From: Chiloscyllium plagiosum
Taxonomy: Eukaryota
Direction of reading: 5' to 3'
DNA length: 30,069 nt
Assembly (NCBI RefSeq): GCF_004010195.1
Contig: NC_057718.1
Span: 24,359,414 to 24,389,482, forward strand
The notes below the pieces were generated by a model that searched no databases, was not told where the DNA came from, and saw only the letters and a list, made by a program, of their open reading frames with translations. A program made the translations under genes and the position numbers. Positions 10,431 to 22,764 of the stretch are shown here, in pieces. Within the stretch, counting starts at the first letter, position 1; the number at the start of each line of letters is the position of its first letter.

Positions 10431-12619
10431 AAATCGACCCAGAGAGGGCCTCAAATTAATCAACCAGAAGGTTAAAAATAGACAAGTGTGGGACCAAGCC
10501 AGGCGAATGCAGCTCCAAAGAAAGAAGTATAATACTGTTAACTTCAAAGTCTGGAATTTAAAATAGGATGGGGTGGGAATGAGAATTTATCTTAAACTCT
10601 CCATTCCAAACCGAAACAACAACAAAACTTTCATCTTGTAGGCAAGTCACATTGCTGTTCGATTCTATCTCAAGAGGTGCGTTCTACATGAGAGAATCTT
10701 CTTAGACTAGAATTGTCTGCATGCAGCATATTTCATTGTTATCCAAGTTGGGAACAAACTTGGACTTGTCATGACGTGACCTTATCGTGTTTTTCAAACT
10801 TGTAGATTTGGAAATGGCTTCCTGTTTTGCAAACTCGTTCAATCCACCTCTCTTCCTGAGGCAGGTTTGGCCCTGACTCTGGAATTATGCCACAAGTTTG
10901 GTTTTGGTATGGAGCTAAGCAGTTTTTGCATCTATTTTATTGTCATACTGCTTGTTGCAACCTAAGGAAAGAATAGACTTTGAGTCGTACTATTGCCTAA
11001 TAAAAATGTGATAAATGGCTCTCCTTTGCTTTTTAAGGACTGCAGTGACCGTTTTATTTTACTTCGCACTATAGCCAAAAATTCCAGACTTCTTAATTAA
11101 GAAAACTGATGTCTATGGCTGGGGAAAAACATATGAGAAATGTGCTTAACATTACAATTAGCAAATGCATGTACTTTGCCCAAATCCACGTCTCTTGACT
11201 CTTTGGATCTGAATTTAGCCAGCACTATTTTTAAAGCTATATTTGGACATATGGATGGAATCCAACCTTAACAAAAGAAACCGAGTGTCATCTCATCTGG
11301 CAGATCAGTGAGTCTGAGTATCTCTTTATTTTGCTACAATAGCCATTTCTTTAGTCACTAAAAAGCAGCAGTTGTCACACTGTGGCAACCAGACAGAGGT
11401 TCCTCCAATTAATATTCCATGTGATCTTAGCAGTGGGCACAATTTAGTAAAACTGTCACAATACTGTAAAAGGAGAATACATTTAGGTCACATGAGAATC
11501 TACTTTTGTACAAAAGAATGCAGGGCAAGCATACTTATAAAGATATTGTCATTATATTGTCATTGCCTGACCATTACAGCAATATTACTTTTAACAGGCT
11601 CTGTGCATGCACTCAGTTTGTCAATGCTGGCCTCTCAGGTGTTAGTACTTATGTTGAAACCCTTTTTCTTTTAATGAATGTTGTAAATTAGCAGTTACAA
11701 AACTTTCCTTCACCATCTCAGTAAAGAGCTTCAACATGCTTTTATAGTACTTGTGCAGCAAGTTGTCAGATCGTCTATTTCATCCTTCCGTGCGACCACG
11801 AACTCACTTTTTTAATATATTAAATATAGTCGGGCTATTCAGAAATGTTGAGACTCCAGTTTCCACCAACAAATATTTTTTAATCTTCCATCCTGCCTAC
11901 TGGAAAATAAACAACACATTTCAAACAAACATTCCTCATAGTAAATGTAAAATTGTGCAGTGTAACAGTTGTCCTGCACGCACTTCAGAAATTGAAGCAA
12001 CAATCTAAAGTTTGGAAAGGGTCCTTTTTTATTCCCCCTCTCTTTCATTCTGATTGTCCTCATGATTTAGACCACTCAATTGCAGCCATCAACTATGTTG
12101 TGCCAGAAGGAAGCGACAACAGAATTCAGAACCATGCCGTTTCTGAGAGTCGCATGACATTCATTAAACCATTAATTTCAGTCATCCACTCAATTATTCA
12201 GGAACTTAAATTTTTAAAAATGTACATTTACTATTTCTGGCCATGCAAAACTAAACATAAATTGGATAAAGACCAATGATGGAAGCAATTTTCTTCTCCC
12301 GTTGGGAAGGTGCAGAAAGTAGGAATGATATTCTTAAACTAATAAAGTTGAAATTTCTTATTCATTGTAGCTTCCAATCTTTATTCAGTACAAGTTCATC
12401 ACAAAGTCAGCTCTTTGAACAAGGGAAAACATGTCTATTTTAATGGTGTTGAACCACCATTATTACAATGTTGCTTGTGGCCCTAGTGTTGACTTTATAT
12501 CTTGCAATGTTGATTCAAACCTGTCTTCTGCACATGTTCTCACTATCATGACTCCCTACTTTCCCCTTGGTAGTAATTTTTTTTTCCCCTCTTCAGCTCA
12601 TCTGCTAAAAAAAAACTAA

Positions 12620-13030
12620 TTGCATTTCTGACTATTCTAATGCTGTTCTGGTTAGCCTCCCATCTTCCACCCTTTTTAAACATTCCAATTCTCTGCTGCC
12701 TGGACTCATATCAAGGCCCAGTCATCTAACGCATTTAAGTTTGTTAGTTACACTAACATTAGGTCGGACAACACTTCACATTTATAATTATGATCATTAT
12801 GTTTTTGTACCTTCTCCAATATCACCAATCTTTGAGAACAGAGTTCTTACAATTCTGGCCTCTTGTGCATTCTGAATATCCTTGACACCACCTTGATATT
12901 GTCTCGCTGAACCTTTCTGCCTCTCACCTCTTGCCCTCTGTCTTTAGGCCACTGCTTGAAAACTGTCCCTCTGACCAAAGTTTTGCTGATTAATTATCAT
13001 TTCTTCTTATGTGGCATGTTGTAAAATATC
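12620..13030 (+). mobile_element. Degraded L2-like LINE 3' fragment
   Basis: 'tctggttagcctcccatcttccacc...aattctggcctcttgtgcat...aaaactgtccctctgaccaaagtttt' resembles L2 3' regions as I recall them. No ORF. Confidence 0.5.
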
Positions 13031-13040
13031 TTTAAAATTT

Positions 13041-13252
13041 TACAGGTCATCCTGTTATAACGCATGTGTTGTCAACGCGAATTCACTAATGCGATTGGCG
13101 TACTGAGACTGCTGTTTCCACAGCATGAACTTTTAAAGCGTGTGTTGGCTGTAATGTGATTACATCGCTAACAGTTTAAGCGCTGTTTCTCAAACATGAT
13201 TTTTCTGTAACACAGGGTTGTACAACTGCATTATAGTAGAACTGACTATGTA
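13041..13252. mobile_element. Tigger/pogo-like MITE (Tc1/mariner superfamily)
   Basis: Imperfect TIRs: TA-CAGGTCATCCTGTTATAACGC versus the reverse complement of GCATTATAGTAGAACTGACTATG-TA. TA flanks and an internal palindrome tgttggctgtaat..attacatcgctaaca. Confidence 0.7.
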
Positions 13253-13419
13253 GAATTCTTTTGGAATGTCTGATACATTGTTGTTTTTATCATTGAAACC
13301 TTTTTGATCCAGTGCATTATCATTGTGAAGAGTTTCAGATTTTCATTATTTTAATTTTAAAAAGGTGTGATTTTTTTTTTCCCAAAGTTAAGTGAACTTG
13401 GCTGAATAAATCCATAAGT

Positions 13420-13835
13420 TTGTTCTGATTTCTGGCTTTAAGTTCCACTGCAGGATTTGAGCACAAATATCTTGGCCAGTGCTCTAGTGTAGTCCTGAAG
13501 GTATTCTGTCTGAGCTGCCGTTTTTCAGATGATACATCATACTGAGGGCTGTCTACCTGTTTGGATGGATATAAAAGATACCATCTTTCTACTTTGAAGA
13601 AGAGTAGAGGAAGTTATTCCGTGTACCTTGGCCAATGTTAACCCTTCAATCTGTTTCCCTGTGATACTGACTTTAGGGTTAGTCTTGTAGTGCTGTTTAT
13701 AGGGGTTTGCTGTAAGCAAATTGTCTGCCACATTTCCCACATTTCAACGTTGATTACACTTCATGAAGCATTTAGTTGGCTGGAAAGTACTTTGGGTATG
13801 TCTGGTGGTTGTGATGGAACTGTTTATTTTATACA
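13420..13835 (+). mobile_element. Deu-domain SINE (SacSINE1/AmnSINE1-like)
   Basis: 'ggatggatataaaagatacc..ctactttgaagaagagtagaggaagttattcc..ttggccaat' and 'tgctgtttat..gcaaattgtctgcc..tacacttca..ttggctggaaagtactttggg' match the DeuSINE core and tail as I recall them. Confidence 0.75.
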
Positions 13836-15429
13836 GTGGTCTTTAACAGCACAATATAAAGAGCTACATATGGATTTTTTTATTCATCCGTGATGATAGA
13901 ATTATGGATTGTAAGATGCAGAATCATTATGAAGGACATGTGGCGAGCACAGCTTTTAAACATTCCAAAACATTAGTAAGACAGAATAAGATGGATTGCA
14001 TGGACTGGAGAATGATGGGGTTGAGTGGCTATAATCCAAGGTGAAGGAATTGAAGCTTGGTTGAACTCCTATTTCACGATAAACAGGTAAGTGATTAATG
14101 TAGCTGAAATTGAAGCAGCATTTTTTTTTCCCAGTTTAAAAATATCTTGGATAATGGAATGTTGAGGTTTAACGTACTGACACTTAATTATAAAAGATGT
14201 GATGACTAATTTATGAGCTGTAAGCTATATTTTGGCAGCATAATTGACTTTTGATTTGAGAGACTAAATTATTTTGTTTGCGCCACAGGATATGCAGAAT
14301 TTTGAATGCTCTTGCAATGATTACCAAACTTTTTTTGGCTGAAGAATGCATTGCTGACTATATTTCTCCTATCTTTAATTTGAAAAAATAAAGTGTGAAT
14401 CCAACAGCCAAAGTCCCGTAAATTTGAATTACATAAAAAGCAAAACAGAATCTGCAACTAACTGTCTTGCAGTTTTAAGTCACTACTGAAGTCTGTTCCA
14501 AATTGAGCAGGATAACAGGGGACACTTGGATGCTACAGCTAATCGAAACCTTGTCACCCCAATCTCACTTTAACTTTCTGCCTTTGCTTCAGACTACCAA
14601 TGGTCATCTTTTGCATGTCCACCGCATGCAAATGTCCACTGGTACTCAAGTTGTCAACAGACTTCCCTGCCACTCCTGGAACATTTCCTGTGACATTCCT
14701 CTGGTACAGCAATAGAAAATTTCCTGATTGACAGCCTTGGGAGAACCTGCTGTAGTTCCGTTCCATTCCAATCCAAGCACTTAATTGCTGAAGACCTTGC
14801 CCTTACTGCAGCCAAGAATTTTTGTTTTAGTCTTCAAACCTCTTCATTAACATGTCCAGTCTAAGACTAGATTGAAAATTCTCATGAAACCCTGTTGAGC
14901 ATCTGTTCGCCAAAGAATATCTGGCAGTAATTAGCCCACAATGGCCTGGAATGATTATCACTTTGGAGTTAATGGCATTTATGTCTCTGAATCTGAATGG
15001 CTTCCTCAAAGGTTCGGTAAATAGAATAGTGTACCGTTTGAGCCTGACCGCAATTATGCTTGAGTTACTTGTCTTAAGATGCATTTCTCTTGATTGGCAA
15101 AGCCTGCAGTTCTCACTGCAATCAGCAACAGTGGGCCATTGCAACGGCGTTGAGCCCCACATTCCCAAATAGTTCATTTTTAATTTTGAGAGTAAGGAGG
15201 AGTGTTGATGTTCCCAACAGTTTCTAAGGTTAGAAGGAAGTCTGCTGGCCACCATTGAGATTTTAAAATGTTGCTCAACACTGGATCTGAGCAGTTTTCC
15301 ACAAGTAACAAGCTTCAATCGCTGCCAGAATTTCACAACTCTTAGTGACAACCAGATCTGATCACCAGATGTGACTGCTGGCCTACACGTAACATTTTTT
15401 ACATTAAAGTTTACTCCGAATGCGTTTTC

Positions 15430-15710
15430 AAGTCGTAGTAGGAACAGTAGTTGATTGTTTGGCCTTTCAAGCCTACCCTGCCACATGGTAAGATCATAGC
15501 TGATCTCTGTGTTCTGAATTCCACATTCCCACCTATTACCAATAATGTTCAATGCCTTTGCCTAACCAGAATCTATCCACCTCTGACTTAAAAGTATTCA
15601 GTTATCTTACCTGCACCGTCTTCTGATTTCAGACAACTTCAGAAGTGTTACAACCTTCAAAGGAATGAAAAATATCCCCTCCTCTCTGACCCAAGATGGT
15701 GACATCCAAT
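15430..15710 (-). mobile_element. CR1-clade LINE 3' end fragment
   Basis: 'tttggcctttcaagcctaccctgccac..agatcatagctgatctc..aatctatccacctctgacttaaaagtattca' is the reverse complement of a CR1 3' UTR and ORF2 end. Confidence 0.6.
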
Positions 15711-15890
15711 CTAAGCACACAGAAGTACTGAATTGTTATGGTGTAGAAGAAGGCTGATTCAGTCCATTGTACTTGTACTGGCTCTTTAAATGAACATCAT
15801 TACCTAGTGTCTATCTCATGCCTTTTCCCCATACCCTTGTACACCATTTCTTTCTAAATAATCACCCAATGCCCTCTTGAATGCCTCAAT

Positions 15891-16318
15891 CATAACAAAC
15901 GACAGCAAGTTGTGAACACAGCCCAATCCATCACACAAGCCAACCTTCCATCTATTGATTCCATCTGTATTTACCACTATCTCGGAAAGGCAGCCAACAT
16001 AATCAAAGACCCCCTCCCACCCAGTTATAATCTCTTCCAACCTCTTCGAGCAGAAGATCCAAAAGTGTAAACGCATGTACCAACAGATTCAAGAACAGCT
16101 TCTTCCCTGCTGTTATTAGACTTCTGAGTGGATCTCTTTAATTTCAAATTTAATGTTAACCTTGCTATTTATGCATCATCTGTGCAGCTGTAACATTGTA
16201 CTCTTCACTCTATTCTATTCCCTTATGCACTTTGTATCACGTGATCTGCCTGTAATGCACGTAAAACAAAACTTTTCACTCAACCTTGGTACATGTGACA
16301 ATAATAAATCAAATCATA
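15891..16318 (+). mobile_element. Rex1/Babar LINE 3' fragment nested in a CR1
   Basis: Reads QQVVNTAQSITQANLPSIDSI..KAANIIKDPSHP..RFKNSFFPAVIRLL and ends catgtgacaataataaatcaaatca. Homologous to 8731-9130. The host sequence 'gcctcaat|tgaacc' rejoins across it. Confidence 0.85.
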
Positions 16319-17893
16319 AATTGAACCTCGCCACATCTCCAGGCAGTGCATTCCCTAACTACTTGTTATGTGAGAAAGGTTTCTCTCGCATTACCCTCGT
16401 TTCTTTGGTACATTGCTTTAAATCTCAGTCCTCTCGTTCTTGTTCCTTTTATTATTTGAGGAACCAGCTTCTCCCTATCTACTCTTTCTCCAGCCCACTC
16501 ATGATTTTGAAAAGCTCTATGAAGTCACCTCTCAGCTTCTTTCTCTCCCCCAACTTCTTCAATCTATCCTCAGTTTCTCCTTCCTGGAATCGTTCTTGTA
16601 GATTGCTTCTACACTCTTGTCCAGTGCATTCATATCTTTCCAAAATATGGTATCCACGACTGTGCACAGTCTCCAGCTGAGGTTGAACAAGGATATTATG
16701 CAAGTTTAACATCACTTTCTTGCTCTTGCATTCTATGCTACCATTAACTGCTTTGGCACTTTAAATAATCTGTGCCCAGAGATATCAGCTGCCTCTAATT
16801 TTGCAACTATATTAGAATTGTTCTTAGTCATAGAGTCATAGAGATGCACAGCATGGAAACAGATTTTTCGGTCCAACTCGTCCATAACAACCAGAGATCC
16901 CAAACCAATCTAGTCCCACCTGCCAGCACCCAGCCCATATCCCTCCAAACCCTTCATAATCATATACCCAGTCTGATGCCTTTTTTTGTAAATTTATTCG
17001 TTAGCAAAACATATTTTTGACTTTACAAAAATATAGTTATTAAAAATACAACCAACAACAAATACCAGTATAATAAAGAAAAAACCCACAAATTACAATG
17101 CAACTATTGTCTACTAACTACTAACCTACCCTATGATACGAAACAAAACCTAACATTGTGCAAAACAACACCAATAGATAAGTAAGTGATTAATAAATCA
17201 AAAAAAGAAAGAAAAGCAAAAAAAAAACACAGAACAGCTATGCTCAGGGCATAGCTCCCAAACAAAAAAACGGGAGCGTTGTGTATATACCCGTATTAAC
17301 TCAGGAGTCCCCCCTCCAGGGCCCAGGGCTGAACAAACCTAACCATCCTGGTTAAACAAACACCCGAGTTAAAATAGCCAACAAATCTATATCCAAATCA
17401 CTCAAATAGGGCTGCCATGTCTTATAAAAAGGTCTGTTGTGTGGTGCACCATGTTTGTAAAATAAAACTCCAGGGAATGTGCTCCATAATTAATTTCCGC
17501 CATCCCAGCAAGCCCGGTGGGTTCTCAGACACCCAATTCATCAGAATATTCTTCCAAGCGCAGTATGCAAGAATATTAAATAGTTTTTTTCCCATGCTCA
17601 TCTAAAGATGAAAAATTTGGTAGACCTAAGAGGAGAGATATCGGGTCTACTTTGACTTCAGTCCTCAGTACCCTCCCTATCTCTCCCGCTACAGCGCTCC
17701 AATAAACATGAAGCCTGTGGCATGTCCAGAAACAGTGGGTAAGAGTACCTCCTCTTATTTTACATTTGGAGATGCCCCTTTTTTTAAACTTCACCAGACG
17801 GTCCCATGTCAGATGAACCCTGTGCAGAACTTTTAACTGCATGGCGCATGTCCTATTACAGATTGAGATCATTCATGCGTTCTCCTATATGTT

Positions 17894-18110
17894 GGGGCGG
17901 CACGGTGGCACAGTGGTTAGCACTGCTGCCTCACAGCGCCAGAGACCCGGGTTNNNNNNNNNNNNNNNNNNNNNNNNNNNNNNNNNNNNNNNNNNNNNNN
18001 NNNNNNNNNNNNNNNNNNNNNNNNNNNNNNNNNNNNNNNNNNNNNNNNNNGTGGACTTGTTGGGCCGAAGGGCCTGTTTCCACACTGTAAGTAATCTAAT
18101 CTAATCTAAT
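17894..18110 (+). mobile_element. Young HE1-type SINE inserted into L1 ORF2 (interior is an N gap)
   Basis: CpG-intact head ggcggcacggtggcacagtggttagcactgctgcctcacagcgcc; tail gggccgaagggcctgtttccacactgta with (aatct)n. TSD GTTCTCCTAT at 17879-17888 and 18111-18120. Confidence 0.92.
17954..18050. other. Assembly gap (97 N)
   Basis: Run of N inside the SINE. Confidence 0.99.
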
Positions 18111-21100
18111 GTTCTCCTATGTTTCAGAAGAGATCACCAGTCCTATCTCTTGCTCCCAGACCTCACATAACCAGTTAGAATCCTGCCAGGCCCTGCCACC
18201 CAGCAGGCAGTAGAGGGCACTAACCAAAAAGACGCTTGTGGAGTGTAGCAACAACCTCTCTGTGTCGGGCTATTAGGGCTCAGTGAGAAGTGTAGTCTTC
18301 TTCTGGATGAAATCCCTTACCTGAAAAAAAATGGAAACAAACTCCGCTGGGCAACCCATATTTACGGTTCAGTAGCTCAAAAGACATCATAACCTCCTCC
18401 TCAAACAAGTCTCCCAAACTGGAAACTCCTCTCGCTGCCCATAGTTTGAACCCTGAGTCCATCACCCCTGGTCAGAACCTTGGCATACCAACTATTGACA
18501 TAAGTGGCAAAGCCTTGGATAAGCAACCCTCACTCTGACACATCACCCTCCATGCCTTGACCTTACTAATAACAATGGGCTTCCAGCAGTGGTCTGTAAC
18601 TGTCCTCAGTTTATCTATAAACAACAGGTTAATAAGAGGGCACTTTGCCTGGGTGGCCTCAATATCCAGCCATATTGAGTTCGGATCGTTACCTACCCAA
18701 TCGCAGACAAACGACAATTGATGCCTCCTGATGTCTGGGAAATCAACTCCTCCCCCTCCCTGAGGCAACTGCAATTTAGTAAGTTTGATGAGGGGGCACC
18801 CACGATGCCAGAGAAAGGACCAAATCAACTCCTAAGTCTCTGCAGCATAGACCTGGGAAACATTATAGGGAGCACACACATGGGATAAAGCAAACGAGGA
18901 AGAACATTCATCTTAATGAGAGATCTTCAGCTCAACCATGAAATTGAAAGAATCTCACATCTCTGGAGATCTCGTCTAATGTTGTCGCGCAAGTGAGCAA
19001 AGTTAGTCAGAAATAACTGATCAAACTTGGGGTGATAAACATGCCTAGGTATTGGAACTCTGCCCATGACCACTTAAAAGGGAACCTAGGGCCACCTTCA
19101 ACCTCTGGCACTTCCTTGAGGTTCCCCAAAGGCATAGCCTCCGATTTTGCGAAATTGATCTTATATCATGAAATAGCCCCAAATGATTTGATATATTGTA
19201 TCAGATCGGGTATGGAGGCCATCAAGTCCAATAAAAACAGAAGGATGTCATCCGCATACAGTGTAATCTTGTGTACCCTCAATTCGACTTCCGGAGCAGT
19301 TATATGGACATTCTAATGAATGGCTTCTGCCAGTGACTCTCTCACCAACGTAAACAGTGAGGGGGGTCCTGAACCTTGTTGACTACCCCTACCACTCCTA
19401 AAGTTCCCAGACTTCACCCCGTTGGTGATGACAGCGGCCAGAGGGTGGCAATATAAAACGTCCACCAACCTTGCAAAGACCCCAACCAACCCAAACCGCT
19501 GTAAGACATAAAAAAGATATAGCCATTCCACCCAGTCAGATGCTTTCTCTGCATCGAAGGAAATCACCAACTGCTGAACTGATCATTGCTAACAAACTTG
19601 GACCATATTCAGCAACCTTCTAATATTATTAGAGGACCTACGACCTCTTATAAAGCCTGTCTGGTCCTCTTTAACAATATGGGGCAGCATCTTTTCCAAT
19701 CTCAGCACCAAGACCTTAGACAGAATCTTTGAAATCTGAATTTAATGGAGAGTTGGGCCTATATGAGGCACAATCCTCAGGAACCTTCCCCTACTTAAGA
19801 ATTAAGAAAATATTAGCTTCTCTCAAAGATGGTGGTAAGCATTCATGCATATAGGAGTGATTGTATATCTCCAACATTGGCCCTGACAGGATCCCTATGA
19901 ACTCCTTATAAAATTCACCTTGGAGACCATCTGGGCCAGGCGCTTTCCCACTCTGAAGTTGCCTAGCTGCCTCCTATATTTCCTGAGCTGTCAAGGGAGC
20001 ATGAAGGAGAGAGGCCTATTCCAAGGTTACCCCTGGGAGGTTCAGGTTCATAAAAAAGGCCTCCATTTTAGCCCTCCTGTCCTCGCAACCTTCAGACCGA
20101 TACAATTCAGAGTAAAAGCTCCGAAAACCTTCATTAATCCTTTTGACATCGTATGTAAGGACCCCGGTGCTGTCTCGGATTGCAGTAATGGATTGAGGAG
20201 CATGCCTTTTCCTAGTCAGGTACGCTGAATACTTCCCTGGCCTATCCCCCTACTCAAACAGCCTTTGTCTAGCAAAAGCAAGTTCTTCCTTTGTGATTTC
20301 TGTAAGTATTGAATTCAAAGCAGCCCAGAGGGCCGTGATCCGCTGCAGCTTAGTCACAGAAGGCCATGCAAAATGTGCTGCCTCGGCAGCTTTCAACTGC
20401 GCCTCAAGTAGACGCTGCTGTTCCCCCTTTTGTCGTTTCTAGCTAGCCACATAAGAAATAGCTAATCCCCTAGCAAAGGCCTTAGCGGTCTCCCATTGCA
20501 TAGACAGACTACTAGCCGTGCCTGAGTTAATGATCAAGTATTTCTGAAACCCCTTCAAAAGGTATTCCACAAATTTGGAATCCTTAAGGAGAAAAGGATC
20601 CAGACGCCAGTGCCGCAAACCTAGGCCTCATTCTTGGCCTTAACCTCCAAATATACTGCCACATGAACAGAGATAGCTATGTTCCCAATTTTACAACCCA
20701 TAATCAAATCCAGAAGGGCTGAGGGAGCCAGAAAGAGATCAATCCTTGTGTGACATTTATGTGGGTTTGAAAAAAAGTGAAGTCCCTGCCAGTAGGGTGA
20801 AGACATCTCCAAATGTCCACCAGCCACAACTCCTCACACAAGTCATCACCTGCTTAGCCTGCGAAGAAATAGTTGAGGGCCCACTAGGCATCCTGTCCAC
20901 TGTTGGATCCAAAAGACAATTGAAATTCCCCCCCCCCCCCCCCGTAATAATGTGTCGTGTTCCAAAGGCTCTCTGCTTTGAGAAGGCACTAATCAAAAAT
21001 TTGAGGGGATATGCCGGAGGACAGTAGACATTTAAAATGCCATATTCCTCCCCATGTGTCAGGGCCTTAAGTATCACAAACCACCCCTGCTCATCTTTAA

Positions 21101-21937
21101 CCTGCTCTAATAATGTGAACGGAAGATTTTGCTGGTTAAGCACAGCTATTCCCATACTTTTAGAGTAAAGGATGAAAAGAATACCCAGTCATAACTCCCC
21201 TGTTGTAGCTTCAGGTGTTCAGATGGGTTTCCTGCAACAAAGCCATATCAACCCTTTCCTTCTTAAGGCTAAAAAAGCACCTTTTTTCTTTTAACAGACG
21301 AATGACTTCCTTTGATGTTCCAGGTGCATCATTTAATAAGACACTTAGCCATAGCCCCTTTCAGACACCCTTGAACCCCTGAGAGGGAGAACCCTGTTTG
21401 AATCCCTGAGGGGGAATGTGCCGAACATCAGTAAATAAAGACTCATAGAATTGAAGAATTGTATATACAAAAACTACTTTATCATAACGACAAACAACTA
21501 TTACTACCAAAAAACTACAAAGAAAACCAACTATAAAGCCTTGAATGAAAGACTTTTTTCCCCCCTCCCTGCCCATAGGGGGCACACAGCCTACCCATCC
21601 CCTCCTTCAAGCCCGGACTGTGCACCAACTTTCGGCAAAAAAAAAATCAAGGCAATGATCTTTAAATCAATAGAGAAAAGACAAAGTCAAGATGAGCACT
21701 CCACCCATCCCTGGCTCCATGTCACCCCAACTTGTGACTAAACGAAAAAAAGAACAAACGAAAAGAAAGGCGGCAACGAAGAACATCCACAAAATTTCCC
21801 ATAATAAAGCCCATGATCAAAAAAATGAACAACATATTCCAAGTTTTTTTCTTTAATTATTAGGGAGCGAGAAAGAAAACACAGGGGAAAAAAGGAAATA
21901 AGGACGAACATTAACCGTATTCTTCAGACCAGTCTGT

Positions 21938-22764
21938 CTATTTTAAAGTGTCTACAAAGTTTTTAGCTTTATCCGCTGAGACAAATGTATAAACTGAGTC
22001 CTCGTGGCTGAAATGGAGCCTCTTTTTAACTTCATCAAAGGATTTCCTCTTTCGAATTAAAGCTGCCAAGAAATCCTGGGGGAAAAAAAAAAGTTTTCTG
22101 ACCCCTTGTGCAGCAGTGACTGTGGGTCTTTTCCCAGTAATCTGGAGGTTTCTATTACTTTTTCCTTGTCCTTGTATGAGTGGAAGTGCACTAGGACTAG
22201 GCACTGCACCGGCCCAGACCTGTGTATTGGGATCTGATAGGCCCTTTCACTCTCCAGCCTGCTGCACTCGATTTGAAGGCCCAGGAACTGTGGCAGCCAT
22301 TTTTCAAAGAAGCTGACTGGCTGCCCACCACCTTTACCCTCCAGGAGTATGACAATCTGTAGATTCATCCTCCGACCTCGATTTTTGAGGTCGTCAACCT
22401 GGTCTCGTAAGGCCTGCACCTCTTGCTTCAGCACCTGAATCCAACTAGATGAGGATTCCATCGCTACTTCTGGAGCCTTGGTTCAACCCTCCAGCTGCTT
22501 CCCGAGGCCCTTGATCTCCCATTCATGCTTCTGCAGCATGGATGCAATAGTTTGGACCTGGGCACGAATCTCCTCATGGATCTCCTCAGTCGCAAACCCA
22601 ACCTTTGAGGTAAGTCTCTCCATCACCGCCATCAATTCCTGTGAGTCTGTCAGGTCCCCCGGGGGTTCGGGAGAGGCTGCTGCTGCGGTCTCTGGTGTGC
22701 CAGGTGCTGTAGGGGAGTCTCCTCCCTGCTACTGTCTGCTTGCTCCTTTTCCCTTTGGCATCAT
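21938..22764 (-). pseudogene. L1 ORF1 (Transposase_22-like), disrupted
   Basis: Starts MMPKGKGASRQ*; coiled coil followed by DDLKNRGRRMNLQIV..EG; FFPQDF..LIRKRKSFDEVKKRL..F.S...AKNFVDTLK*. Confidence 0.85.

Larger units (their letters stand above)
17352..21352 (-). pseudogene. L1 ORF2 (APE endonuclease, RT, CCHC), disrupted
   Basis: MAKCLIK*CTWNIKG..LLQETHL; LNVYCPP; GGGGGNFN (the GDFN motif disrupted by a C16 run at 20928-20943); TRIDLF; SFDAEKASDWVEW; LYADDILLF (~19250); KCKIRGGTLTHCFWTC; FYKTWQPYL..VFV*. Many stops and frameshifts. Confidence 0.9.

Noticed and set aside
10565..10610. Imperfect ~14-bp hairpin (ggaatgagaattta..taaactctccattcc)
   Set aside because: Too short and too mismatched to distinguish from chance.
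16153..16680. 175-aa ORF
   Set aside because: Spans a Rex tail and an antisense CR1 fragment; incidental.
17352..21352. Active or domesticated reverse transcriptase
   Set aside because: Multiple stops and frameshifts, damaged endonuclease motifs, and a SINE insertion.
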